The notes: generated by a model not told the origin, from the sequence alone. 56,568 nucleotides of DNA from Geobacter sp. (GCA_031396605.1 JANNLB010000155.1:1-56568); one strand, 5' to 3'. Positions 8,574 through 16,899 are shown, numbered from the stretch's first letter. Translations and numbers: made by a program.

Positions 8574-10299
8574 TGGCCGGGGTTTGTTTATGCGCACGGA
8601 TCTTAAACACATATTACGACCAGAGAATGGGCCTTCGCTCCGGACAAAGCTCTGGTGGCTCAGCTGGAATAATTACCAGTCACCACTTCCGACAAAGGGT
8701 TTCCTGGCTGGCGGTGCGGTTGCAAGCTTGGTACTTTCTGAAGCCTGGGGTGGAAATTTTCCGATCAACGATCTGGATGTATTTTTAACCGATTCAGAAA
8801 AAACAGATCCTCCCGCAACACCAGTACGCATAACCGGGATCGCTCTTGATAACCAGGTAGAAGACGATGAATACCAGGGGAGGTACAATGTTCGCAACAG
8901 GGGCTATCAGGTAGTCAACTCGGACCGCATTGATTTGATTAATACGGTGTCTGTTCGGATGCTGGAAGATGAACTGCCCGTTCTCGCCGCATACAGGTTC
9001 ATTCTCCAGGGTTTTGATCTCAACTGTTGCCAGATCGGTATTGACCTGGAGAGCGATCAACTGATATGGACACCGGAATTTGAAGAATTTGTCGCAACCG
9101 GCCAGTTGAAGGTTACCCATCTTGCAACCCCTTACCACACAGCTATCAGGCTGGCTAAGAAACAAGGCGAGCTTAATTGTTACTGCGACTTGAAAACAGA
9201 GCTCTCTCTTCTGACTACATATGTCGATATGGTGTCGGCTCTCGGTCGCAGCAACAGAAATAATGTAATGTATTCCCGATTTTTCGGGAAAAAGTATCAC
9301 GAAACGTATCTCTGTCATCAAAATTCACTTGAACCCTATTGCATTGTTTTTCCTGGAACCAATCAACTCCTGCTGCCAGGCACTGGGATTCCGACGCCTG
9401 ATTACTACAGCATGGAATTAAATGTTCCATCTGCTTATCAGGAATTGAGGCCGTATTTCTATATATACGGTGGCCTGCAACTCAGCAGTGTCAGTATGCT
9501 CCAAATGTTTGACAAAATCTGCCGCCCAACCACCCGATCCGTTACTCGGCGCAAATTTGTAACTGCTATTAAGTTAGGAGGACTGGCTGCAATCTGCGCT
9601 ATTCAAAACAGTGGCTTTCTGGATTGCAATCATCATCACAAGAACTTTAAAAAGCTTGAACAATTTGCTAGAGAGCATTTTGGCGTTATCTGCCTGTTTA
9701 ATCGACTTGGCTTGAATTTTTCAGAGCAGTTGCAGGCGATTCGCACCATCGGATGTTCTGTCAAAAAGCACGGATTGTTCGTCATCGGGCTGCTGGAAGA
9801 CAGTAATAACGTGATACTGCGGGAAGCAACCGAGTTATCTGAGGAGTTGATAGAGCACGTTGTCAGTGATTTCAGAAGAAGTGTCTCAGCCACACAACTG
9901 GTGTCGCCTGTAAATTTGTCCGGTTTCCCCCGAAAACACCTGGCAATTGTTATTGAGCTTGTCAATGCCCAGCAGTTAGAAGAGGAAGGCATAAAACAAC
10001 ACCATTGTGTAGGGGGGTACATAGATGCGATCCAATCCGGAAAATGCCGGATATTTCACCTGGAGTACCTTGGAGAATCGACAACTTTACAGATATTACG
10101 GAGCGGCAAATGTGGAGAGCACCGGGCACGCTTTAACAGATTACCGCCTCCGGAGCATGTCACTTTAGCTGCCGAGCTGTCTGACTATATCCATATGCTG
10201 AATTCAGACGTGGAAGCTGATTATGGGCAGGCTTTGCTGGATTCCATGCCCTATCATGGGGGTGATATTAATGACATTGTAAATCAGATTGAAGCCTGA
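8548..10299 (+). CDS. Large protein with an N-terminal nucleotidyltransferase-fold-like region and a C-terminal PcfJ-like domain
   Basis: The N-terminus has FLAGGAVASLV...INDLDVFL (a GG...DxD pattern) and FDLNCCQIG. The C-terminus has LEEEGIKQHHCVGGYIDAIQSGKCRIFHL, which is typical of PcfJ-like proteins. The start is uncertain: 8548 TTG, 8557 ATG or 8590 ATG. Confidence 0.5.
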   Translation: MAFMATRNNGRGLFMRTDLKHILRPENGPSLRTKLWWLSWNNYQSPLPTKGFLAGGAVASLVLSEAWGGNFPINDLDVFLTDSEKTDPPATPVRITGIALDNQVEDDEYQGRYNVRNRGYQVVNSDRIDLINTVSVRMLEDELPVLAAYRFILQGFDLNCCQIGIDLESDQLIWTPEFEEFVATGQLKVTHLATPYHTAIRLAKKQGELNCYCDLKTELSLLTTYVDMVSALGRSNRNNVMYSRFFGKKYHETYLCHQNSLEPYCIVFPGTNQLLLPGTGIPTPDYYSMELNVPSAYQELRPYFYIYGGLQLSSVSMLQMFDKICRPTTRSVTRRKFVTAIKLGGLAAICAIQNSGFLDCNHHHKNFKKLEQFAREHFGVICLFNRLGLNFSEQLQAIRTIGCSVKKHGLFVIGLLEDSNNVILREATELSEELIEHVVSDFRRSVSATQLVSPVNLSGFPRKHLAIVIELVNAQQLEEEGIKQHHCVGGYIDAIQSGKCRIFHLEYLGESTTLQILRSGKCGEHRARFNRLPPPEHVTLAAELSDYIHMLNSDVEADYGQALLDSMPYHGGDINDIVNQIEA

Positions 10300-10525
10300 A
10301 AAGGCTTTTCTGTGTCATGATTTCACCATCGGTGTACCGCTCTTCGGGTCTGACACCGGCGGGCTCAGCGCCGAGGACTCCCGCATTGCCATCTGCGAAG
10401 CCATGAAATCGCACTTTAAGAACAACCGGGAATTGCTCATCAGTCAGATATTGATCGTCAACAAGAAACCGGATGTCTGCAACACAGTGAAGTTGATTCT
10501 GGGACGTCATTTTGTATTTGGGTGA
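10283..10525 (+). pseudogene. Remnant encoding only the C-terminal half of a second Macro domain
   Basis: The translation DFTIGVPLFGSDTGGLSAEDSRIAICEAM...ISQILIVNKKPDVCNTVKLIL aligns by eye with TIAFPLMGRGHRVKYSIIAEGIAKTI...KVALITLHKEDVENV of the 3059-3615 Macro gene. The frame opens only at 10283, directly after a stop. Third codon positions are GC-rich in this frame. Confidence 0.5.
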
Positions 10526-10559
10526 AATGTCAGAAATCACTTCTTGTGTCGTTATGAAT
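10520..10559 (+). repeat. Conserved 40-nt motif, copy 2
   Basis: 36 of 40 nt are identical to 3610-3649, and it again starts at the stop codon (GGG TGA) of the Macro-type frame. Confidence 0.7.
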
Positions 10560-10665
10560 CAGAGTAGTCAATTCTGACAACATTGAGGCGGGCCAGATAA
10601 AAGTGACGATCAACATGAATTTTGAACAGGTGAGTATAAAGTATAAGTAAATTAGGGGGTGAATC

Positions 10666-11091
10666 ATGAAGTTAAGAGTACCAATGCTTGAATCAGTTTG
10701 TTATGTAGCCGAGAATGTTCCAAAGCGATGCAGAGACCTCTTTCATATCGAACTGGATTTTTCGGTAGAAAGCATTGAACACCTTGAAGGGATCATTGAA
10801 TCTTTTCCTCGTGGTGATGAACCAACAATACTGGAAAAATTGAACGAACCACTGGTAGCCATAGGGTGTTATGTCGGTGAAGTAATTCGCAGGAATTTCG
10901 GCGGTGAGTGGCAAGACACTTCAAGTGTTAATGGTTTTCCAATTGGCATCAAGCTGGGAAGTACATATCTGAACCCTATCGACAAGGTTATAAGGCGCTA
11001 CAAAGAAGGGAGTGAACACAATTTGACCGATTATGTGAAGTTCTCTTTATTGATGAAGGTAACTTTCGATAAAAATAGTATGACATTGTAG
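10666..11091 (+). CDS. Hypothetical protein
   Basis: 141-aa ORF with a GGGGGTG RBS. The pattern FSVESIEHLEGII...AIGCYVGEVIRRNFGGEW is reminiscent of small immunity/DUF-type proteins, but I cannot assign a family. Confidence 0.5.
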   Translation: MKLRVPMLESVCYVAENVPKRCRDLFHIELDFSVESIEHLEGIIESFPRGDEPTILEKLNEPLVAIGCYVGEVIRRNFGGEWQDTSSVNGFPIGIKLGSTYLNPIDKVIRRYKEGSEHNLTDYVKFSLLMKVTFDKNSMTL

Positions 11092-11171
11092 AAATCAAGA
11101 ATGTCATAAATCATCATATATGTCGTTTGAATAAGCTGGAAGGTTCAACTTCGTGAAAAGAAAGGAACCTC

Positions 11172-11591
11172 ATGATTCGAATTCTGCTTATCGAAGACGA
11201 CAATGGACGTGTCAGAACAATCAGGGAATGGTTGCCTGAAGATGTTCGTCTGGTACACGCCGGCAGCGCCGGTCGCGCAATCGGTATTCTCCAGAGAGAC
11301 CGTAATGCCTATGCCGGGATCATGTTGGATCATGACCTGCAAGGTCAGGTCGCAACCGATATGGACTTCTTTCTTTCCGGCAGCAATGTGATGAGGACAA
11401 TTATTGCAAATGTCCCTTCCGACACACCTGTTCTGGTTCACTCCATGATTCCCGCAGATGCTCCGAAAATGATTATGGCACTGACAAAATCCGGTTTCAG
11501 CGTTACACGCCTCCCAATGTGTGTTTTGACGAATGAGAACTTTAGCCAGTGGCTGGAAGAGGTGAGAGAAGTCTGGGCGGATCGGGAATGA
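11172..11591 (+). CDS. Stand-alone divergent receiver (CheY-like) domain protein, copy 2
   Basis: 139 aa and highly similar to 7158-7580, including a 63-nt block of perfect nucleotide identity (11328-11390 equals 7313-7375). Confidence 0.7.
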   Translation: MIRILLIEDDNGRVRTIREWLPEDVRLVHAGSAGRAIGILQRDRNAYAGIMLDHDLQGQVATDMDFFLSGSNVMRTIIANVPSDTPVLVHSMIPADAPKMIMALTKSGFSVTRLPMCVLTNENFSQWLEEVREVWADRE

Positions 11592-11609
11592 CGGAGGAGA
11601 TGGGTTGAG

Positions 11610-12551
11610 ATGAAAATAATCAGTGCTTCGCGACGAACAGATATCCCACAGTTCTACTCAGCCTGGTTCAAGGAGCGTCGCAAATCTGGCTTCGCTGAAT
11701 ACCGTACAGTTTATGGCGGTGGTAAAGACGGCAAGTTTAGGGTTTCCTTGAAAAATGAGGACGTTATCGGGTACCTGTTTTGGACAAAATTTGCCGGGCC
11801 GTTTCATGAGCAGTTGGAGGCCTTGCGGTCAGAAGGAATGCCGTATGTATTCCAGTATACCCTTACAGGATATGGCAAAGAGATCCAGCCTGGAATACCG
11901 GAACGTTCAGCAGCTATTGATGACTTCCTGCGGGTTTCTGTAGATCTACCCGCAGCAACAGCAATCCAGTGGCGATACGATCCGATTCTGGTGTCGCCGC
12001 GCTACAACATTGACTGGCACCGAAACAATTTTGAACAGATCGCGGAACAACTACAAGGATCTACTCGTGTGGTGAACGTTAGCTTTGTCGAACCGTATCT
12101 GAAAGCGATAACAAAGGCACCGGATTGGCGCGATATTCGGTGGCGAAAGCCAGATCCGATTCGCCACAAAACAGCCCTCAGCAAATATCCTGAAATCCGT
12201 GCCATCGGTGCTGAGGAGGATGTATTACTGTCTGACCTGGCTGAAATTGCCAGACAGCGAGGTATAGAACTGCGGGTCTGCTGTAATCGTGAACATGATG
12301 GACGGTTTCCGACAGCAGCGTGTTGCGGTTTGGAGCTTTTCCAAGCATACGGCACTGAATTGAATAAACGTGTTGCCGATCTTGCACCTGGCCCCTCACG
12401 TCCAGGTTGTCGGTGCCTGAAGACTGTTGATATCGGTATGGATACTACGTGCCCCGGAGGATGTTTCTATTGCTATGTCACAACCTCACTGGAACGCGCC
12501 CGATTGAATTATGAGAAACATGATCCGGCAGCCTCAATGATGAGATCGTGA
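11610..12551 (+). CDS. DUF1848 family protein (C-terminal Cys cluster, probable Fe-S)
   Basis: The N-terminus is IISASRRTDIPQFYSAWF and the C-terminus is CRCLKTVDIGMDTTCPGGCFYCY, as I remember for DUF1848. It starts 18 nt after the receiver gene. Confidence 0.7.
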   Translation: MKIISASRRTDIPQFYSAWFKERRKSGFAEYRTVYGGGKDGKFRVSLKNEDVIGYLFWTKFAGPFHEQLEALRSEGMPYVFQYTLTGYGKEIQPGIPERSAAIDDFLRVSVDLPAATAIQWRYDPILVSPRYNIDWHRNNFEQIAEQLQGSTRVVNVSFVEPYLKAITKAPDWRDIRWRKPDPIRHKTALSKYPEIRAIGAEEDVLLSDLAEIARQRGIELRVCCNREHDGRFPTAACCGLELFQAYGTELNKRVADLAPGPSRPGCRCLKTVDIGMDTTCPGGCFYCYVTTSLERARLNYEKHDPAASMMRS

Positions 12552-12567
12552 TTTGTTCTGAAATATA

Positions 12568-12603
12568 CAGGGACAGGAACGGCAGATGTCACTGCCGTCC
12601 CTG
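12568..12603. terminator. Hairpin between convergent genes (possible bidirectional terminator)
   Basis: The sequence CAGGG-ACAGGA-ACGGCAG [ATGTCA] CTGCCGT-CCCTG gives a 7+5 bp stem with a bulge. It sits between the 12551 (+) and 12622 (-) stops. Confidence 0.45.
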
Positions 12604-12621
12604 CTCTTAAGGCACATGGAG

Positions 12622-13065
12622 TTACGCTGTTGGCTCGACAACAGCCGTTTTTGATGCAGCAGGAGCCTTGACAGCGATCCCCTTTTTCACTTTTCCCTTT
12701 TCCTCTGCCTCGCCAAGCGGATTCGTGAACCCGCGCGGCGGTCTGTAATCCCACCCCATCTCCTTGCACATTTCAGCGTTCAGGAGATTGATTTCCTCTT
12801 TGATTTTCTGACTACGCTCGATGAATTCCTGAGCCTTTTCGAACTTGATGTTCTTATTCCGCCCCATGTTCATCCGCAACTGGTAGAGGACATTATCGAG
12901 GGTGTTGAGCATACCGATGAAGTCGCTCTGGTCCATGGTCTTCCGGGATATGACGTCTATGTCGTCCCGATTCACCTTTTCCAGCTTCCGTTCCTGCCAC
13001 GTCTTACCTCCTGAAGGTTTATTGCCTCCCTGTCCATCATTGGCTTGCTTACTCTTGTCAGTCAT
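12622..13065 (-). CDS. Hypothetical protein at the distal end of the transfer operon
   Basis: ATG 13065 is preceded by AGGAAAGGAG. The protein is charged and probably coiled-coil. No family recognised. Confidence 0.5.
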   Translation of the reverse strand: MTDKSKQANDGQGGNKPSGGKTWQERKLEKVNRDDIDVISRKTMDQSDFIGMLNTLDNVLYQLRMNMGRNKNIKFEKAQEFIERSQKIKEEINLLNAEMCKEMGWDYRPPRGFTNPLGEAEEKGKVKKGIAVKAPAASKTAVVEPTA

Positions 13066-13082
13066 GTTCACTCCTTTCCTGG

Positions 13083-14570
13083 TTAACTTCTTCCGGTAGC
13101 CCTGCGGGCCACTCCTGTTCCGAATCTGCCGGACAGTTCCGAGAAGACGGTATCGTCGAATCTCTTCATGGTGATGACCAGCATCTCTATCGCGTTCATT
13201 TCATTTACGACGTTGGCATATCCCTGTTGCGCCGTGGTCAGCAGGACCCGCGTCCTGTTTGTAAGCTGCTCGACGTTCTTCATACCGTCGAACAGCAGGG
13301 CGAGCTGGCAGCTGTTGGGGTTGGCACCCGCCTTGTTGTCCTTGTTCTGCGACTGGATCTGGGCTGAGAGGTTTTGCAGTTGCGCCGCCTCCTGCAGGAG
13401 ATCGAGAAGCATGTAGTAGGCGAATGCCCTGGCGGTTACCGCGGAAAGCTTGCCGATTACCTCTCCCTCTGTATTGGTGGCGATGGCGGTTTTCAGCACG
13501 AGACTGATGGAGAGCGGCGTTGCGTTAAGAAATGGCACGTCGTTGGTTGCGTCGAGGGTCTGCTTCGCTTTCATCTTTGTCGATATGGCCTGCATGCGGG
13601 TTGAGACGTATTGCATGATATTCGCGTTGGCGTCCGTGATGGCGCTGCATACTCCGGCTGAATTCTTTCCCTGCGCCGAACCGTCCAGGAATGTGTCGAA
13701 ATCGGTATTCTTGTCGCACGGTGGTATGAAGCTGGCGACATAGGTGCTGTTCGTCGTGGTGGGTGATTGCACAACCACGTCGCCGATGAACCCCCGGATG
13801 AGCTTGACATAGTTGGCGTTCATTCCCTTCTTGGCGGCCAGGTTGTCGAGTACCGAGCCTCCGCCGAAAATATCGGTGATGTCGCTGGGACAGCCGGCCG
13901 TGCTCCCCTGGGAGGCCTGGGCCACGATGTTGCCGACCGGCGGCGTGTTCCCCATGGCGGAATTCATCACCGAAGTCAGGTTCGTTTTTGAGGTCTGATA
14001 CATGTCATTTATGCCGCTGGATACCATGAAGTCATTCATCGAATTGCTCATTTCATTCTTCACGCTGTTGCTCATGATCGGCGAGAACGGTTCGCTTGCC
14101 ACTGCCACGAGAGCCTTGGCCGCCTTGCAGTCGTTAAGTTGTATGTTGTTCAGGCGGTCCACGATAGCCTCCAGGGATTTGATTGTATCCGCCACCTGGG
14201 GGGCCAGCGTCTTCATCGCGATGTCGAAGGCCGCCGCCGGCGCCGCCGAAAGGATGCGCTGCAGCTTCTGGACAAGGTAATCAACATTCATGAAGCTGAA
14301 CCCTCCCAAGAAAGCGTCGATCCCGCCGCAGCCGGACTTGATCGACGGCAGGGTCACGGTAACGGGATAGTCGGTGCCATTGGGCCAGCGGGCGGAAAAG
14401 CTGCCGCCGGTGTAGTAACCCCGCTTCGCCCCCTCGTAGTAGCTTGGTGATGTTGCGGTCTTCTGGGTCATCCAGTCATCGACCCAGCCGCTCCAGGAAA
14501 GAGCGGGCATCGTGGCGATCGCCAGGGCAAGCGCCGACGCAATGGTTTTCTTTGCTGTTTTTCTTTTCAT
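13083..14570 (-). CDS. traH: F-type conjugal transfer protein TraH
   Basis: It has a signal peptide after the ATG at 14570 (GGAAAGGAGGTG RBS). The block TLPSIKSGCGGIDAFLGGFSFMN...CKAAKALV matches the conserved TraH core. Confidence 0.85.
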   Translation of the reverse strand: MKRKTAKKTIASALALAIATMPALSWSGWVDDWMTQKTATSPSYYEGAKRGYYTGGSFSARWPNGTDYPVTVTLPSIKSGCGGIDAFLGGFSFMNVDYLVQKLQRILSAAPAAAFDIAMKTLAPQVADTIKSLEAIVDRLNNIQLNDCKAAKALVAVASEPFSPIMSNSVKNEMSNSMNDFMVSSGINDMYQTSKTNLTSVMNSAMGNTPPVGNIVAQASQGSTAGCPSDITDIFGGGSVLDNLAAKKGMNANYVKLIRGFIGDVVVQSPTTTNSTYVASFIPPCDKNTDFDTFLDGSAQGKNSAGVCSAITDANANIMQYVSTRMQAISTKMKAKQTLDATNDVPFLNATPLSISLVLKTAIATNTEGEVIGKLSAVTARAFAYYMLLDLLQEAAQLQNLSAQIQSQNKDNKAGANPNSCQLALLFDGMKNVEQLTNRTRVLLTTAQQGYANVVNEMNAIEMLVITMKRFDDTVFSELSGRFGTGVARRATGRS

Positions 14571-14605
14571 GGTAGTTTCACCTCCTTTCCGCTGGTGATG
14601 GAACT

Positions 14606-15445
14606 TCACTGCTGGTCGAGGTTCGACGGCCTCTTCCTGACATCGAAGCCGCCTCCCTTCTGGAAGTCGTACAGGCTGAAATCCTCCGGGGTGATCTCGC
14701 CTTTCAGGAGGCGCACCGCCCGGTATGTCTTGTCCTCGATCTCCTCGGCAGTTATCAGTCCGCTTGAGACAGGGAAGGAGTTCTGGTTACCCTTCTGGAT
14801 CAGGATCATGGCCGGCGTTATTTCGATACCGAACCTTCCGGCAAGGCCTGAATTCTCCTCGATGTTGATCCTCTTCACTTGCCAGCCGGTGGCATTGGTG
14901 AACCAGTCGATGATTGGCTGCTGCTGCTGGCAGTAGCCGCAGTCATTCTTGTAGAAATAGATCAGGGCGAACTCCTCCCTGTTGTCACGAAGCTTCCTGG
15001 TTTTTTCCTCCTGTATCTGGCCGACCCGGCTGAGATTGCCGGGGGTGGCAATCGGATAATCCTTGGCGGTGGTCAGCTCGGGGTATTTCTGCCAGACGTA
15101 CTGGGCGACGTTGGTGAACGCCAGGGCCTTTTTCCGGGCTATCTCCTGGACCTCGTAGTACTCCTTGACGTTCTCCTCGGACGGGTTCTGTACCGCCTTC
15201 CTCTTCAAGCCTTCGGCGAACTTCTCGAAGTCATCCGGGTGCATGTTCCAGATCTCGTCATAGGAGTAGTCCGAAAGCGCCGGCGCCTTCTTCGACTTTG
15301 TCTTTTTCCGCTCCGCCCCCTTTTCCTCCTTCTTGTCAGGCTCCTTCTGATACCACCACCATCCCTTACCCGAATCGGTGTAGTAACCGGCGCCAGCCGT
15401 AGCGGCAAAGGAGAGGAGAAGCAGGGCTGCGATTATATGACGCAC
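14606..15445 (-). CDS. traF: F-type conjugal transfer protein TraF (thioredoxin-fold)
   Basis: A GTG start at 15445 follows GGAGGAGG and gives the signal peptide MRHIIAALLLLSFAATAGA. GKGWWWYQKEP and a thioredoxin-like C-terminal half with CGYC match TraF. Confidence 0.8.
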   Translation of the reverse strand: MRHIIAALLLLSFAATAGAGYYTDSGKGWWWYQKEPDKKEEKGAERKKTKSKKAPALSDYSYDEIWNMHPDDFEKFAEGLKRKAVQNPSEENVKEYYEVQEIARKKALAFTNVAQYVWQKYPELTTAKDYPIATPGNLSRVGQIQEEKTRKLRDNREEFALIYFYKNDCGYCQQQQPIIDWFTNATGWQVKRINIEENSGLAGRFGIEITPAMILIQKGNQNSFPVSSGLITAEEIEDKTYRAVRLLKGEITPEDFSLYDFQKGGGFDVRKRPSNLDQQ

Positions 15446-16899
15446 GTTTCGACCTCCTCCTGCTTTGCTCTGATCTCCCTGACCATCTTCCGCAGCCGGG
15501 AAGACTTCTTCTCTTCGAGAGACGCATCCGTCTCGCCGAAGGCTTGCACCCTGAACGGCACGAGGAGCACAGTGAAGCCTTTTCCGGCGCCGGTGACGAC
15601 AGTTGTCTGGGTCGTGTAATATTTCGCGGCCACATACTCTGTGGCGATGGCGTCTTTTACCTTGCTCAGTTCCCATACGACCGTGTAGAGGATGTTTCTT
15701 TTCGCCCCTTCATCGGCTTCGGCCGCGAGGAGCGCCGGGTCTTTGCCGCTTACCTCCTTGAGGGCGCTCCACAGTCCGTCCGGGTGTGCGAAGACGACTC
15801 CAAGGTTTGTCGAGACCGCCGCCCAGCGTAGCCCTCCGGGAGATTCTTCCAGCTGGTTGATTCTTTTCTTTACCGCTGACAGGATCGCGTCGGCGTCGAA
15901 CCAGGACGGCAGTACCTGCGTAACAGGGGGGGGGAACTCCTGAGATTCAATCTCTCCCAACGGATGTTCCCGTTCATCTACAGGTGACTTGGTTCTCTTC
16001 ATGTCCGGCTTTTCCGTGATCGCGAGAGGATCAGTTTTTTGGGGTGAGCCGCTCCCTGTTTTTGCCGAGGTCTTGTCACGGTCAATCACCGCGCCGATGA
16101 GTGCGGCCAATTCCTCCTTGCGCACTTCCTGGTCGCAATGCTTGAGCAGATCCGTCAACTGGTTGTCCGGCTTCAGTGTGTGATGTCCTCTGACGATCCG
16201 GTCGAGTTCTCCCCGGTTGGCCAGGGAAGCGTATTCAGTAATCCTGTTGAGAACGACCACGGATATGAGCGGGTGATCTCCGGTGGAGTACAGCTTGTCA
16301 TGGTAGGACGGAATCTTGCCGATGTCGTGGGCGAGGGAGACGATCAGGATATCCGGCAGCATGACCTCCTGGTTGATTTTCGCCGCGCACTTCCTCGCCA
16401 CCTTGAGGGTGTGCCGGAAAAGCGGGATCGTAGCCAGCAGGGCGAAGGTCTCTTCCGGGAATTTATTTTCCGCTTCCTTATCGTTCTTCCTGACCACCGA
16501 CGGACAATCACCTTCTTCGTCGAGCATTTTTAGGAGTCGGACGATGATCGTCCTGCGGGCCCCTTTAATGGTGCGTCGCTTCTCTACCATGTCGGAAAAG
16601 AACTTCTCTACTTCTCCGTTCCTGAAGGTCGGGCGGGGCAGGGGGGGTGCTGTCTTTTCCGGTTCCGGCTCACGCCAGAGCATGGCCATGTCCCGGAGGT
16701 TGACAACATCGCCGCTCAACGCTTTGTTCTCGTTGAGTTTCCAGGTCCTGCTCACTTCGGCCAGGGTCTTTTCCTCGTCCTCTTCGTGGAGAGGCTCCAT
16801 CATGAGCTTCTCTTTCCCATCCTGACCGAAAAGGTTTCTGGCCGCATAGGTCACGAGTCCGGTCCCGATGATGGCCGCTGCGAGGAACAAATCGTTCAT
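15433..16899 (-). CDS. HD-domain protein with an N-terminal hydrophobic helix; possible MOBH-type relaxase
   Basis: HD motifs are LAHDIGKIP, GDHPL and VRGHH. The N-terminal helix is LFLAAAIIGTGLVTYAA. It lies directly downstream of the T4CP-like ATPase. The relaxase assignment is inference. Confidence 0.5.
   Translation of the reverse strand: MNDLFLAAAIIGTGLVTYAARNLFGQDGKEKLMMEPLHEEDEEKTLAEVSRTWKLNENKALSGDVVNLRDMAMLWREPEPEKTAPPLPRPTFRNGEVEKFFSDMVEKRRTIKGARRTIIVRLLKMLDEEGDCPSVVRKNDKEAENKFPEETFALLATIPLFRHTLKVARKCAAKINQEVMLPDILIVSLAHDIGKIPSYHDKLYSTGDHPLISVVVLNRITEYASLANRGELDRIVRGHHTLKPDNQLTDLLKHCDQEVRKEELAALIGAVIDRDKTSAKTGSGSPQKTDPLAITEKPDMKRTKSPVDEREHPLGEIESQEFPPPVTQVLPSWFDADAILSAVKKRINQLEESPGGLRWAAVSTNLGVVFAHPDGLWSALKEVSGKDPALLAAEADEGAKRNILYTVVWELSKVKDAIATEYVAAKYYTTQTTVVTGAGKGFTVLLVPFRVQAFGETDASLEEKKSSRLRKMVREIRAKQEEVETCVI

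Noticed and set aside
10268-10540. 90-aa minus-strand ORF opposite the Macro remnant
   Set aside because: The plus-strand frame has Macro homology and GC-rich third positions. The minus-strand ORF has neither homology nor an RBS.
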